Assembly: GCA_900088475.1 (NCBI GenBank)
Contig: FLMG01002053.1
Location: 1 to 42,998, forward strand
Direction of reading: 5' to 3'
Source of the DNA: Hyphochytrium catenoides
Lineage: Eukaryota > Protista > Hyphochytriomycota
DNA length: 42,998 nucleotides
Numbering within the stretch: position 1 is the stretch's first letter; each line of letters starts with the position of its first letter. This document shows, one piece after another, positions 1 through 12,534 of this stretch. Below the pieces are notes generated by a model, which had not been told where the DNA came from, ran no database searches, and was given only the letters and a program-made list of their open reading frames with translations. The translations under genes and the position numbers were made by a program.

Positions 1-594
1 TACGCACTAAGTGTCTATGATGCTCTGAAGCCACTTTTCGTGTTAAGGTATAAGAACGTGACATTGAGTGTGTACGTTGCGGTCATTGCAGCGCACGTTT
101 GCTTGACTGTCAGTGCGTTACTCATCTCTTCTTCAGATTCTCTGCTAGTGCAATGCAGCCTCTATCAAGCCAGAGCTCAACCTGTAGATGACTGTTTCGG
201 AGCGCAGACAGAGTTGCAGGCACGACTCCTCGCATATAGCCTGAAGGTATCAATGCGGGGTCGTTAGAGCTCTTGCCATCCCTACACATTGGCTGCTCAG
301 TGTGGCCGAATGCCCGCCAGCTTCTCTACATCGCGGCAGGGGACAACGCTCGGTCAAGTGTCTCCAAGTCAATTATCTTGCCTTTAATGTCAATCACTTT
401 TTTTGGCTCTGTTATCCTCCTTATCGGGACATGTTTTTGTCGTCCTCCCCCAGTCACGCTGCTGCTCTCTAACTTCGACTCATCGTTGGCTGCAAAGAAG
501 TAATTGACCTGTCGTTTATTGGCAGAAGAATTTGCCTAGAGAGCCAACACTCTGAGCCGTCATCAGGCCTGACTTGTCCTTTCTATCATTTTTT

Positions 595-1946
595 CTACCG
601 CAGAAGAATCGAACTTTCACAGCTGTACTCTGGCGACCTCGATCTCAGTGTGGCTTCATGACATCGTAAAGAGCTCTTCCGAACGATTGTCTTGGCTTGC
701 ATCTTCACTGTTAATATTTCCACCACTTTCTCCAGATCTGCGGCCTCAGAGTGGGACTCTTCACTCTTAGGCACGGAGTCCACCAGCGCCTCTTCTATGG
801 TCTCCGTGTCAAGGCCTAGATAGAGAGGATCAAGGAAGTGCCACAAACAACAGCGTCAGAGTGCAAGCGAAAGGGCGAGAGACGGACAGATGATCGCTTA
901 TAGCAGGAAATAGTAAGGGAGAGGCGCCCCCGCGAAAGACTTCAAGCATAGATAAGACATTGAGAAGATCATGCATATGTCTGGCGCTACCCATACCTGG
1001 AAAACGCCTTCGAATATACGCGACATCCTTTTCAAGAGTCCTTACGTTATCCGGAAAGCCTTGGCCTATCTCTAGCTCCTTCTCGTCTAGTACTCTCCTG
1101 CTTGTCTTAGTCTTCTTCTTCCGAGAAGAATGCTCCAGAATCTCTTCCAGAATGGGCGTTACTCCTGGAATAGGGATGATTGTGCTGGTGCCATTGATGT
1201 CTGAAGGGACATCGGCGGCAGGAAGTGAAGGCCCTGTACTAACGTCACTTCTCTTTCTGGGCTTTCTCCCTTTAGTCACTGTGCAATTAGTGGTAGGGGC
1301 GGTGGGTCCAGCATTAGATTTCTTCTTCGCGGCAGCACGAGGCGTCTTTGACCGAACAACCGTTACAATAGTGGCCTCATCCCAGACGCCGTCCTCCATG
1401 CCTTTGCTGGCGTCTGGTTGAGACTCATCGCAGACTTTCGAGGGCGCTCGGGATGCTGAACTGCGAACATTACGGGACGAAACAGCTTCAGTTGGCTCAA
1501 GCTTGCGCTTTCTTGAAGGCTTTGGCTTTGCGCGACGCCCTTCACAGGTCACCTTTAGTCTAATCTTGACAGCATATTTGAGTGTTCTTATCATGCTCTT
1601 ACCGTTCGTAGAATCTGCGATTTCTCTTCCTGATGTTGGCCTCTTGTTTTCCTGTGCTGCTCTTCTTAAGCTTCCTCTCGTTGTTGGAGACATAGTTGAG
1701 ATGACCTTGCACAGCTCTTGACCGTGTCCTAAGAATCTTGACCCAATGCCTCTAAAAACGGCTTCTGTTAAGCTTGCGGCAAGGTGCCAGATACTGGCCA
1801 TCGTAGTGCCCAGCCGTTAATCCACAGCAGGCTTGATAAGCGTCTTCGCCAATCGCAAACCGAAGCCCATAGCCCACCTCCTTACAATTCAGCTTTTACA
1901 CGCCTTACGTATCGTCTCCGAGGAGACAGATTGCACACTCCGTCAT
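595..1946 (-). CDS. Hypothetical spliced protein: N-terminal C-x2-C-x14-H-x4-C motif, K/R-rich low-complexity middle, CUE-like motif
   Basis: ATG at 1946 gives MTECAICLLGDDT; removing a GT-AG intron (1752-1908) joins it in frame to ORF 830..1801 (GIGSRFLGHGQELCK). A second GT-AG intron (~816-996) joins RRRFPG to LDTETIEEAL of ORF 595..846. The 3' end is uncertain; a further open exon may run ~535-326. Confidence 0.5.
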
Positions 1947-2623
1947 GTCTTCCGATAGGGATCTTAGTCGTAGATCAAGCTGATGAGGCCGCGCTTCCGA
2001 CAAGTCTGCACAAAAGAGGTTGCAGGGACCTACACCTTATGTTAGGACGTAGAGCTAGTCACAGCCGCTGCGATGATGGCGTCAGTCTGCTGCATCTTCA
2101 GTCTCCATCAACGGTCTTCTTGCCCTTGAAGTGATGCTGAGGCACAGGATGGAGGCTCTTCAGCTTCAGAACACAAGCACAAAACTACCGTCTCCCACGC
2201 TCCCAAAGATTGGACACAATATTCATAGAGATAAGATTATCACGCCTCTAAACCCTTCGGTTATCATAACTATCTACATCCTTCCACACCTATTGATTAC
2301 TAGGTCTTTCATTCTAAGATTACTACATATTAACAAGCTTTGGTCCGTTGACACATTTGATTCTTTCTTGGGTTATGACGTTAACAGCTCTCTCTTTCTG
2401 ATGTTTAGACGTTACCGGTTTTCGGTGTGATGTCTCGACCTCCAGTTCCTCTTCCTCGCCAACAGAGAAAGGCAGAAAATTGAGAAGTCTGCGATAAGAA
2501 TCAGAGGCGCCATCGGCAAGTTGGAGAGAGCTCCACCTTCATTGAGAGACCAGGAGCTCCAGGAGGACCATATCTAGAGCCCTAGTAAGGCAACATAGCT
2601 CCGTCCGGCGTGTGTTGGGGGCT

Positions 2624-5600
2624 ATGTTGGCGGCATCCTCCTTGCGGGCCTCGTTTAGGCGGAGCTTGCTCGCGAATCATTCTCGTCCCACTGCTTGCTT
2701 GTTTGGCAGCGAGAGATGGAGCTCCACCATAGCAGAAGGAAACAACGCCAGCGAGCATGGGCGTAAGAAGAAGCCCATTATTATAACGACCCCTATCTTC
2801 TACGTCAATGCAGCCCCGCACGTTGGCCACCTCTTTTCAGCGCTGCTCGCTGACTCCTTGGTACGGGCACCATAAATGATGCGTCTATTCAATACACTGC
2901 AGCTTGGGGGGTCTTATCCTTACACTGACTTACACTTTACTAGGCGAGATGGTTCCGTATAAAAGGAGAGGATGTCATCTTCTCAACTGGGACAGACGAG
3001 CATGGCCAGAAGGTCACACTCTTGCCTTACAATCCTCTTTCTATCGCTCCCTCTTCTTGCCAGTCCTTAGCTACTCCTCTCTCCCTGTCCGGTGGCCTTC
3101 TCTTTCTTCACGCTTGAGGGGGAAGTTTTGGAGGCTCAGCCTTCATGCCTTCCCTTATATCCTTCTCTTTGCTCTTCAGCTTCTCCTAATGCCTATCTCC
3201 CAGCTTATCTGCTACATTCCTTCCAGAAGCTCCTTTGGTCTGTCCAGCTCCAACTCGTCGAATCCTGCACTTGGCATCTTGCGCTATTCTTAGCCGCTAT
3301 TCTTCTCCTTTTGAAGGTTTATGAGGCAGCTGAGAAAGCCGGAATGGACCCTGCAGAGTTCACGGACAAAGTCTCCAAGACATTCTCAACACTGTTTGAT
3401 CAGGCCAACATTAGCTACACCGACTTCATCAGGACAAGTGAGCCCAGACACAAAAAGGTAGCCACTAAGTGCAGGGAAGGTGGCTGACAAATGGCAGTGG
3501 TTGGTCCTAAGCCTCTTATTCTGCAAAGACTTCAAGAAACTTGGCCCCCGGCAGCCTCTTCACTTAGCGACCGCGCGTTTTGGCCTCTCACAATCTTCTC
3601 TAGGTCTCTCCATCCAAATAATAGCTCTTTGCTTCGTGGGACTTTGTCTTATGACTCGCTTATGCTAAAAGCTTGAGATTCCAGGATCCTCATTCTCTCA
3701 TGCTTAGGCTGTTCAACGCTTCTGGAATGAGCTGGCCAAAAGAGAAAAGATCTATTTAGGACAGGTGGGTTGCGCTAGAGTTTTATGTGTGTGGGTTATC
3801 CTCGGTTGTCTATTGCTGTGACTGTATGCAACCCCTTTTGAGTGTCTTAGAACGTGTTCCCTGATGCTTTCAGCGTCTTTTGCTGTTGCGACTAGCGGGT
3901 GCTGGCTTCTTTCTACCTCTGAACAAACTTCCGCTGATGAGTCCTTCCTCCCGGACAGTACCGTGGCTGGTATTGCAAGTCAGACGAGTCATTCCTAAGT
4001 ATGGGGAGAGTAAATGTCATTCTGGACAAGGATGGAGTACCGAAAGCGGTATGTGCACCAGGCGTCTTGATCAGCCTCTCCTTGGACACAACTTCTTCTT
4101 CATGATTGTGTCGCCTTGAGACCAATTCTCCACTGCCGATAACCACGCTGTCTTCTGCCTCGCTCGCCCTCACTGCCTGCAACTTCCCGGCCTATGGCTT
4201 CTGTAGATGTCCAAGGAATCCGGGCACGAGGCTACTGAAGTGAACGAGGAAAACTATAAATTCAAGTACGTCTTAACTCAAGGGTGATGACTGACGGGAA
4301 GACTAGCTAAAGGAAAGCTCCATTAGTACTGAGATTGAGAGAGGTGCAGAGAAGAGAGACCAGGGAAGAATTGAGCGTACGGCAAGTGTTCGGTGCTTAT
4401 AGCTGCCATAAAACGGGTCTTCGCTGTTTGGAGGAAATAAGACAGTTCAGTCATGACTAGACCTAAAGAAGGATGATCCTAATTAGATAAGCTTCAGGAA
4501 GGAAGAGGATTAAAAAGCGGCAGCACTTTGTAGGATACGGACCCTGTGTGAGGCTGGCGCCTACACTTCAAAATGCCTTTGAAAGCAGTTAGATGGTAGA
4601 ACTGCCGTTGACGACCTGCCCGTTCTTGCCTTGCCCAGCACGAAAGATATGGCTGTGACCGTCCTAGAGTGGATGACGAAGGACCCTGAAGCGGTGTACC
4701 CAGATCTACATAAGAATCAGGTATGAATCATCATTCTTTCTCAATTTGCTCCTCAGTGTTGCTTCTAGTGCTCCCCTAAGCGGGACTTGAAGGGCAAATG
4801 CCCCTATTCTTCCTTGCTACTGCCTTAGGATAGCGTTCTTCTCTTACCGTGCCCTCACGTAGGTTCGCCTCCTTCTGGCTGATCCGTCCAATCTTTCGAT
4901 CTCAAGACTCCGAAGGCCTGAGAGTTGGGGAATCTCTGTTCCAGGTACGATGTCCAGACGGAACTAACTCACACTGGCAAGAAAGAGGGAGAGAGTGAAA
5001 GGGCAATACAAGGCAAGGTTGATGGAAGGGAGAGCATTTTGGGAGTGCGGCTGGTAAAGAAGGAGTGTTCCGGCAAAGATCGCCCTAACGGCTTGCTGAG
5101 GACCAGAACGGGTCTAACTCCCCATTTGTCCATGTTAGGAGACGAGAACCATATCGTTTATGTATGGTTCGATGCTCTAATCAACTACCTCACAGCCACG
5201 GGCTACCCTTGGACCTCCTCAGAGGTAGGGAACTATAGGCGGCCCCTTGACCTATCTCCCCTAGTATCCTCTGTCTCTTTGAGACTATTGCCCTACTACG
5301 ATCCTGAGGCTTCTTTAGCGACCTTACACGAAGTTTAAGGCTTAGTCATCGCTGCTGGACCCAGAGGGGCCATATTGTCAACCTTGGAATACATTCTATC
5401 CATTGCTCTGATGTTGTGCTCCCTGTCCCTCGCTCCCACTCGGAGGTATTAACACCGCTCCTACTTGCAGGAAGGGGAAGAGATCAGCAACAAGTCTGTA
5501 CCATGGCCCCCAGACTATCAGGTATGTAAGACTGTCATTCTGCCCTTCTCTAGGCCCTATCTGAACCTTCAAATCAGATCATAGGGAAGGACATCATCAA

Positions 5601-8105
5601 GTTCCATTGCCTCTACTGGCCAGCCTTTCTAGCTGCAGCGGGTGCGTAACACTTCTAGCGGGTGCATTCGCGGTGGAGGCCAATCCGCTGCCATCTAGCT
5701 CTCCGTCTTGGGACTACATTCTTGCTAACAGTCACACAGCTAGTTTGGGCCACCCATCTTATTCTTTGGCCTTTGGATATCTTGGTCACATGTACCTGGT
5801 GCATCCTTACTCACATACCCTTGACTGCCCACGTTGTGCTTATTAGAGCTTGATTTACCTCGTCGCGTCGTTGCCCATCCTCATTGGACCGTGGGAAAGG
5901 TGAAAATGTCAAAGAGTCTTGGAAATGTTATCGACCCGCGAGATGTTATGGCAAAGGTTAGAGTCCGGAATGCGTGCTTTAAGCTTCTTTGACGGGAAAC
6001 ATCTTTAGGACTTTCCGTCGTTCTGCTGTCCACGTCTCTCCAGTGATCGCGAACGCCCCTGCAATCTTATCTTAGTTCTTTCCGTGAGCTGCATTATTTG
6101 GTGTCTTATGGGGCGTTGAAAGGGTGGCCTTAAAGGCTATTCAAGTCTCTATCAAGAATTGGACTCTTTCTCTCTTTTATTCTATCATCATGGCCCTTGA
6201 CTTCCGTTTGTTCAGCTTTAGGCTCTTTGTGTCTCTCTGCTTGGTGCTCTAGCATGACTGACGTCCCTATGTAGTATGGAGTAGAAGCAACCCGCTATTA
6301 TTTGCTGAAGGAAGCGAGGCTGCGCGATGACAAGAACTTTTGTTACGAGGAGCTGGTTAAGGTAGTGAACTCCGATCTGAAGGGCAAGTTAGGGAATCTA
6401 GGTACGATCCTCTTCTTGCTACTTTTTTATCCATATGAGCTCTTTCGCTCCGGCGACTTTTGCTCCCGTGCGCACGACAGCAACACGTGTCTCAGGCAGG
6501 GGCTTCTTCTTTGCTTAGTCCGTATGTCGTGTTGGGATCCGCTGTCTTCAAAAACTATTATCGGTCAAGTCTCGTTCGATCCTTCTCTTAGGGCTCAAAG
6601 TGATGACGTTCCTCCTTTACTAGGTCCTTCTCTTTTCCACCTGTTCACCCTTCTTACTTCTTGCCTTTTCCCGGGTCCCATCCTCACTCCGTTAAACTCT
6701 CAGTCGCTCGATGCAGTGGTGCCGCTATCCTTCCGTCCCAGACCATTCCGCAGCCAGGACCCTTGACTCCTGAAGACCAGGAGCTAGTGGATCGAATCCA
6801 CGACACCGTTCGGAGAGTCGGCGAGCTCTACGAAAAGCCAGAGATATCCTTTTCTACCACCGCAACTGCTTCTTCTCTAATTCGAACACATTCTCTCTCT
6901 CCTGTCAAGCTTCATTTCGAGGGCTGGCATCATGCTCTATATGCTCCCAGCGTGTTTTCTCCTGGCACAATCTCAACAGCGACGTTTCCTTGCGCTACCA
7001 GCATTTGTTCTTCTCTTCTTCTAGTTAGGGCTGTACTATTGTCCTCTTTCGAAACCTCCAAGGCACTGTTGCTATCTTCTCTTACCCTACACATGGAAGT
7101 CCCTTAACCAAAGACTCACCCGGGCTATGCCGTTGAGGAAGTGATGACGCTTGTGGATGCAGGGAATGCCTATTTCCATGCACAAAGTGCATGGGAACTG
7201 ACGCCTAAGAAGGACGATCCAGGTCTGCTCCCATTGGATCCAGCCTATGTGATGCCTCTTTTTTCCCCTCTCTTCTTCTGGGCGTCCGCTGCTCTTCGCT
7301 GTCTTGTTGTCTAGCGTTGGCCACAGCTATCCGGAAGAGCCTAGACTCTCCATCTGTTAGCCTGCCTGTTGCTCCTCCCCTACTCAATCGCTTGCGCCTC
7401 ACCTGTTGATCCTCCTGCCTCAGAGCCCGACGCCGCCAAGGCCGAAAGACTAGGGACGGTCTTATATAACTGTTTAGAGTTGTCAAGAATCGCAGGTACT
7501 TTTGTCATTTTCCGAGCTCTCCCTTTCTCTTTCCTCCTATTTCAGTCTCTTCCTGTTGGCTCTCTTCTCGCGTCCATAAGGCCCAAATGATAGCTTCTTG
7601 CACTCCCAGATACTGATCGATAGCTTTCTCTCTGTAGGCTGCCTCCTCTATCCTGTCGTCCCTGAGGCATCTACCAAGATTCGTAGGTATTTAGGCGCAG
7701 ACTCTGGGCCCATTACCCTTCAAAGGTATCGATTGCAGTGATAAGCCCTTCTGGTCTATCAGACTGTGGTTCCACACCTTCTCCCCTCATAGATTGCTAT
7801 CTAACTTGTTCTCTTTTCAACTTTGTCCTTTCTTAAGTCGCTTAAAGACCGTTTACCTTTGTCCAAGTCTTGGTCGCCCGCTCTAATCATCATTTGCTAC
7901 CTATAGTCTTAGGTATGGAGAAGGAAGGCCCGGGGTTTCCTTGGTCCCACAGGGAGAGGGAAGCTTCAAGCTTCAGGAGAGACTGAAGTCTCCAACAGAG
8001 ACCAAGCCCGCCGAGGGCCAACCGATGAATCGCAGGGAGAGGAAGAAGCTGGGGAAGGCTGGACGGAAGCAGGCGAATGAGGAGAGGATGCTGATGGACA
8101 AATAA
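2624..8105 (+). CDS. MARS2: Methionyl-tRNA synthetase, mitochondrial/bacterial type (about 18 exons)
   Basis: Spliced motifs [16 protein letters not shown] (HIGH motif), [50 protein letters not shown] and KMSKSLGN (~5904), plus an anticodon-binding helix bundle. The R/S/A/L-rich N-terminus resembles a mitochondrial presequence. Stop TAA at 8103-8105. Confidence 0.95.
6844..7119 (+). other. U12-type (minor spliceosome) AT-AC intron in MetRS
   Basis: 5' site ATATCCTTT at 6844, branch CCTTAAC at 7102-7108, terminal AC at 7118-7119. Excision gives in-frame YEKPE|[19 protein letters not shown]...W. Confidence 0.88.
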
Positions 8106-8428
8106 AAAAAAAGGCAGCATTCGAGATCCTCTGCACTCTCTCTTGGGCAGAGGTTTCTTAGTCATTCCTACTGCTCAGCTCCTACACATAGAGGATATAG
8201 GGCTAGTCACGTAATCCATCTCTCTCTCTCTAGTACGGTTCTCATGCCGGCCTAAGGCCAGTATGACCAATCTATATAGCTGGGTATAGCTGTCAGCGTA
8301 AACTTGCCAGAGCCGCACTTTTCAACCTGGCTATCTAGCATACATTTCGCTTTTACATAGTCCGGCACAGATGAGAAGGGTCAGGAATCGCTATCTTAAA
8401 TTAGCTATGGTGCGCCAAAAGACAGCGG

Positions 8429-9925
8429 CTAGTCATCAAGATCAAAGATGTATGGCTGGATGAAGAATAGAAGGAGGAGCGGGGCGCCAAAGAGGAAGGC
8501 GTAGTACAGAAGAGAGAGGAACCAGGGCATCTTGGAGGGAGAGACAGGCGGAATAGGAAGGTTGTCAGGGTCCTGGTACAGCTCTTCAGAGACAGCAGCA
8601 GGATTGTCTACAATCCTAGCGGCTCTTCTACCAGCAACAAAGCCATCTTCATGAAAGCCTCGGCCCAGCCAAGCGCCAGACAGAGTGATGCCAGGCTCCT
8701 ATAAAAGCAAAGAGTAAGGAACATCAGCGTAGACCCAGGCGAAAGCACATCGAGACACAGTTGCTTAATGTATCCGCGCAGAAGAGAAACATGTCGGGCG
8801 ATAAGAGTAGACAGAAGCAAAGAAAACAAGCGGTATGGGATGCCCAAGTGCATCAGAGCGGAGATATCAGCCGCTCCTCGTTCTACCTGTATGATGTCTT
8901 TCTCTGGGATGCAGTCTGCGAGCAAGCGCGGATGGTCCCAGTAGAACTTTTTGATGATGGAGCTGGGCTCAGGGACAATGTCTGCCTTATAATCCTTAGG
9001 AATGATCGTCACGAAGATGTCGTAGCTGTGCGGCAGCTTCTGCTCGGGTTGAATTGCGGCAAAGAGATTTTATCATAAAGCCAGAAGAGGAATGTGAGTG
9101 AGAATAGTAAGAGACAGTAAAATCCAGAGGAGAGAAGAGAAGGGATGCAGGAGGAGGGAGGAGTGAGAGCATCAGAGACAAGCGTTCAGAAAGAGAGAAA
9201 GAGACCTGAAGCCTATTCATCCAGTAGGTAAGAATGTACTCGTTGTCCTTGGTAATTCGAACATTCCAGGAAGCCCACTGCTTCTTCGAGCCGGCCATGA
9301 AGCGGGCATCACGGTGAAGGTACATAGTGCTGGTATGGTTCCTGGGAGAGGCAGACAGAGCTCATAAGCAAGCTGAATGAGTAACCTTGAAAGTGGAAGT
9401 TGACTCACCTGTACTTCCTAAGTTCGTCAGCGTACTTGCTCCAGCTAATTATCTCGGCAGTAGTGTCGGGATGAGTCGCTAGGATGACGTGGTCAAAGCT
9501 GAGAGTCTCACCAGTTTCTAAAACAACCTTCTTCCCTGGGTGTGGCAACGCAGAAAGATAGAGAAAAGACAGTAAGTTGTCACGCTCCTAGACAGCTCTC
9601 TAATACTTGGCATTGTTGCTTTACTTTCCTTTCAAACCACCACGCTATCTGCATTTTTCTCTCTCTCTCTCTCTCTCAGATTTTTCTTGCCTCTTCTCTA
9701 TGTTGATATGCTCTTTTACCTCCTCTCTCTACTGTCTTGACTCGAGCATTGCATCTGATGGCGCCTCCCATCTCCTTAAAGACCTTCTGAAAAGCAGCCT
9801 TATACTTGGAGCCGATATACCACCACAGGTGTTTAGGGCCCTCCACACGCATCTTGAAGGTCCCTAGAAGCACCTATGCAGAAGTTAGCTAACCTAGTAA
9901 CACAAAGGTGGCGCGAAAGAGAGAG

Positions 9926-9979
<54 letters not shown>

Positions 9980-10548
9980 GCGAAAGAGAGAGAAAGCACA
10001 TGAAAAAGTGATTGGAAACAAAGGCTATCGCCTAAACACGTTCGAGAGAGTGAAGAAGAGTGGGGCGTACAGGGAGGAAGTGAAGTAAGACTAGAAGAGG
10101 AACTATAGAAGGATGTCACCTAAGGACTCTGGCGATGGCGGATGTAGAGCGAGAAAAGGAAGAGAGACGAAAGAAATCTATTATCTCTCTTCTCACCTGC
10201 CAGAATGGAATGTATAGACTCTGAGCGTGGGTCTTCAAGCAACGGAGGAACTGCGTTGCGGGGAGCTCCATCACATCTTTCAGAGGAATGGTCCAGAGGA
10301 TGGCGACGAATGGATAGAAGTAGATGCGGTAGAAAGTGTCCGAGTAATGTCTCTCTCTTTTCCATTCGTCAGTGGTCTGTTTCTCCTTCATCGGCATTCT
10401 CGCTATGAGATGAGTAGTGAAACGGAAGATGTCGATGATGAGTCTCCAAAGCTTCAAATTGAAGAGGTCGGAGAGCTTGACGAAGGGCGTCCGCGAGGAG
10501 AAGTTGAAGTCTCCTGGGTACTGAAGCACAGAAGCATGAGAGGGAGAA

Positions 10549-10591
<43 letters not shown>

Positions 10592-11428
10592 AAGGCTGAG
10601 TTCGACTACCCTTACACTGGGTAGAGAAACAAATAGTGAGGAACGGGTAGAGACCACATAGCGCTCGGTGGAGCCTGGCGTGATTATGAATGTTGGAAGG
10701 GATGGCACGTTTGAGAGTCAGAGAGGAGAGAAAGAAGAGAAGTGAGAAGAAAGAGGCCGCAAGAGAGAGTGAGAGGAACATGGAGAAGAAAGACAGTAGA
10801 GAAGATCTCTACACTTACATCTGAGACAACAGAGAGCGACATAGGAATCCTGCAGTTGGTGGTCCCATTCTCCTTTGTGATGCCCATGGACTTGAACCAA
10901 GCCTTTATGTTAGGGTTGGAGTCCCCGAACATCATGAAGCCAACATCCCTGAAGAGAGAAGAGAACGCCCTCAGGGTTAAAATGACGAGACAGAGAGAGA
11001 GAGAGAGAGATGGAGAGAGAGAGGTCTAGCAAACAGGTATCCACGTGGAGAGGGAGAGTGAAGCCAAAGAAACATAGACAGAAGATCTTAAAGGAAGTGG
11101 GAACTGGACGATTGAGAGAAAAAGAGAGTGAGAAACTTTGAGAGAGGACATCACCCCAAGGAAAGACACCTCAAAAAGAGAGAGAGACCTTGACATACGC
11201 AGCCATCAAGGGAATAATTGACTCCCATTCAAAGACCGCTTGCCCGGGCACTTACACTGGGTAGCCATCGACATCGATTGCGTAGGTGTGGCCTCCTATC
11301 TGCTCCTCCGCCTCCAGCAGCGTGACCTCATGCCCTTTCTTGGCCAAGTGATAGGCCGCGGACACGCCCCCGATCCCTCCGCCGACAACCGCCACACTCT
11401 TCTTTCTTTCCGGTGCTACGGTCCTCAT
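8429..11428 (-). CDS. FAD-dependent amine-oxidase-like oxidoreductase (COG2907 family) with C-terminal hydrophobic anchor, about 8 exons
   Basis: Rossmann motif VAVVGGGIGGVSAAYHL...LLEAEEQIGGH and spliced family motifs PVDVGFMMF, WASWN, LTYWMNRLQ, WDHP and GAWLGRGFHEDG. The last exon ends ...PWFLSLLYYAFLFGAPLLLLFFIQPYIFDLDD*. Confidence 0.88.
9917..9976. repeat. (GA)n microsatellite (TC on the sense strand of the host intron)
   Basis: Direct dinucleotide run; a similar run lies at ~10545-10588. Confidence 0.95.
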
Positions 11429-11580
11429 CCTCTCAGCAAAGACCAAGTTGTCTCTCTCTCTTCTCTCTCTTGGGCGGCGATGCGCTGCAGTTGCAGCTAA
11501 TGTGCAAGGAAAGGGCAACTTACGGACTGGGGAGGTCTTTCTCTCGAGCACGTCCTCCACGTCTCCTCTTTCGGTCACAA

Positions 11581-12057
11581 TGCCCTTTCCTTCTCTCTCT
11601 CTCTTGGTCTCTCTCTCTCTGTCTCTTTCTCTCTCTCTTCTTCTCTCTCTCTCTTGGTCTCTCTCTCTCTCTCTCTTTCTCTGCCTTGTCTATGTGAGTG
11701 TGAGCCTGAAGTGCCCTCCTTGACCACTTCCACCCATCATCGCCCACCATGTCCTCCCCTCATTTCCTACAGCCACACTACTTTCGGCCTTTCTCTGACC
11801 AATAGTGGTAGGCCCATTATTCTTGGTAACTCGTCGTATATTCGTACGTACTGCTCTGGTATGTCGTCCGAATAGCTGGGAGATAGGTTCTTTCGTGGTT
11901 CCCCCATTGTCAACAAGATCGATTATTTTCGGCAAATCCCCTCCCGCATACACTGGTATCTCTCTCCCAAGATACGCTGCCCGAGGGGATGCCTGGAAAA
12001 CAAATCAATCATCTGCGTACAAAGAGAAGGAGAAGAGAGAGAGAGGGAGGTAGAAAG

Positions 12058-12100
<43 letters not shown>

Positions 12101-12330
12101 GAGAGAGAGAGACAGTAAGAGAGAGAGAGAGAGAGAGAGAGATCTCAAGGGACAACAGATACAGAGAGAGAGAGACTATGACAGAGAGCACGGGACTGCA
12201 GCAGTGCAGAGCCCAGAGGGAGCGGCAAGAGAGAGAGAAGAGAGGATTCAAGAGATGCGGGAGAAGCGGTACCATTATACTAGAACGCAGGAAAGAGAGA
12301 AGAAGTGGGGTCATGATTTAAGGGGAGAGA
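11581..12330. promoter_or_regulatory. Divergent intergenic region: (CT)-rich block, unique core, (GA)-rich block; putative bidirectional promoter
   Basis: Lies between ATG 11428 (-) and ATG 12535 (+). CT block at ~11581-11690, GA block at ~12020-12330, CCAAT at ~11799. The regulatory role is inferred from position only. Confidence 0.4.
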
Positions 12331-12503
12331 GAGCAGTAACTCAATAACCCTAACAAACCAGCAGAAGCTAATCAGACAGACATCCTTCCATCGCCGCCCG
12401 GCCTTGCCGCGGTTGGGCTCTAAAGACGTGACAACCCGTCCCTGTTATCACTCTGTCCCTTTCCTCCTGCCTCTCATTCTTCTTCTTCCTCTCTCTCTCT
12501 CTC

Positions 12504-12522
12504 NNNNNNNNNNNNNNNNNNN
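12504..12522. other. Assembly gap (N run)
   Basis: Ns in the sequence following a CT repeat. Confidence 1.
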
Positions 12523-12534
12523 CATTGCCTTGGT

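Noticed and set aside
8101-8112. A-run overlapping the MetRS stop codon (retrocopy or poly(A)-made stop)
   Set aside because: The TAA is genomic and the gene retains many introns.
10120-10128. Possible 7-nt micro-exon in the flavoprotein gene
   Set aside because: A simpler phase-0 acceptor at ~9874 with an upstream GCTAAC branch restores the frame without it.
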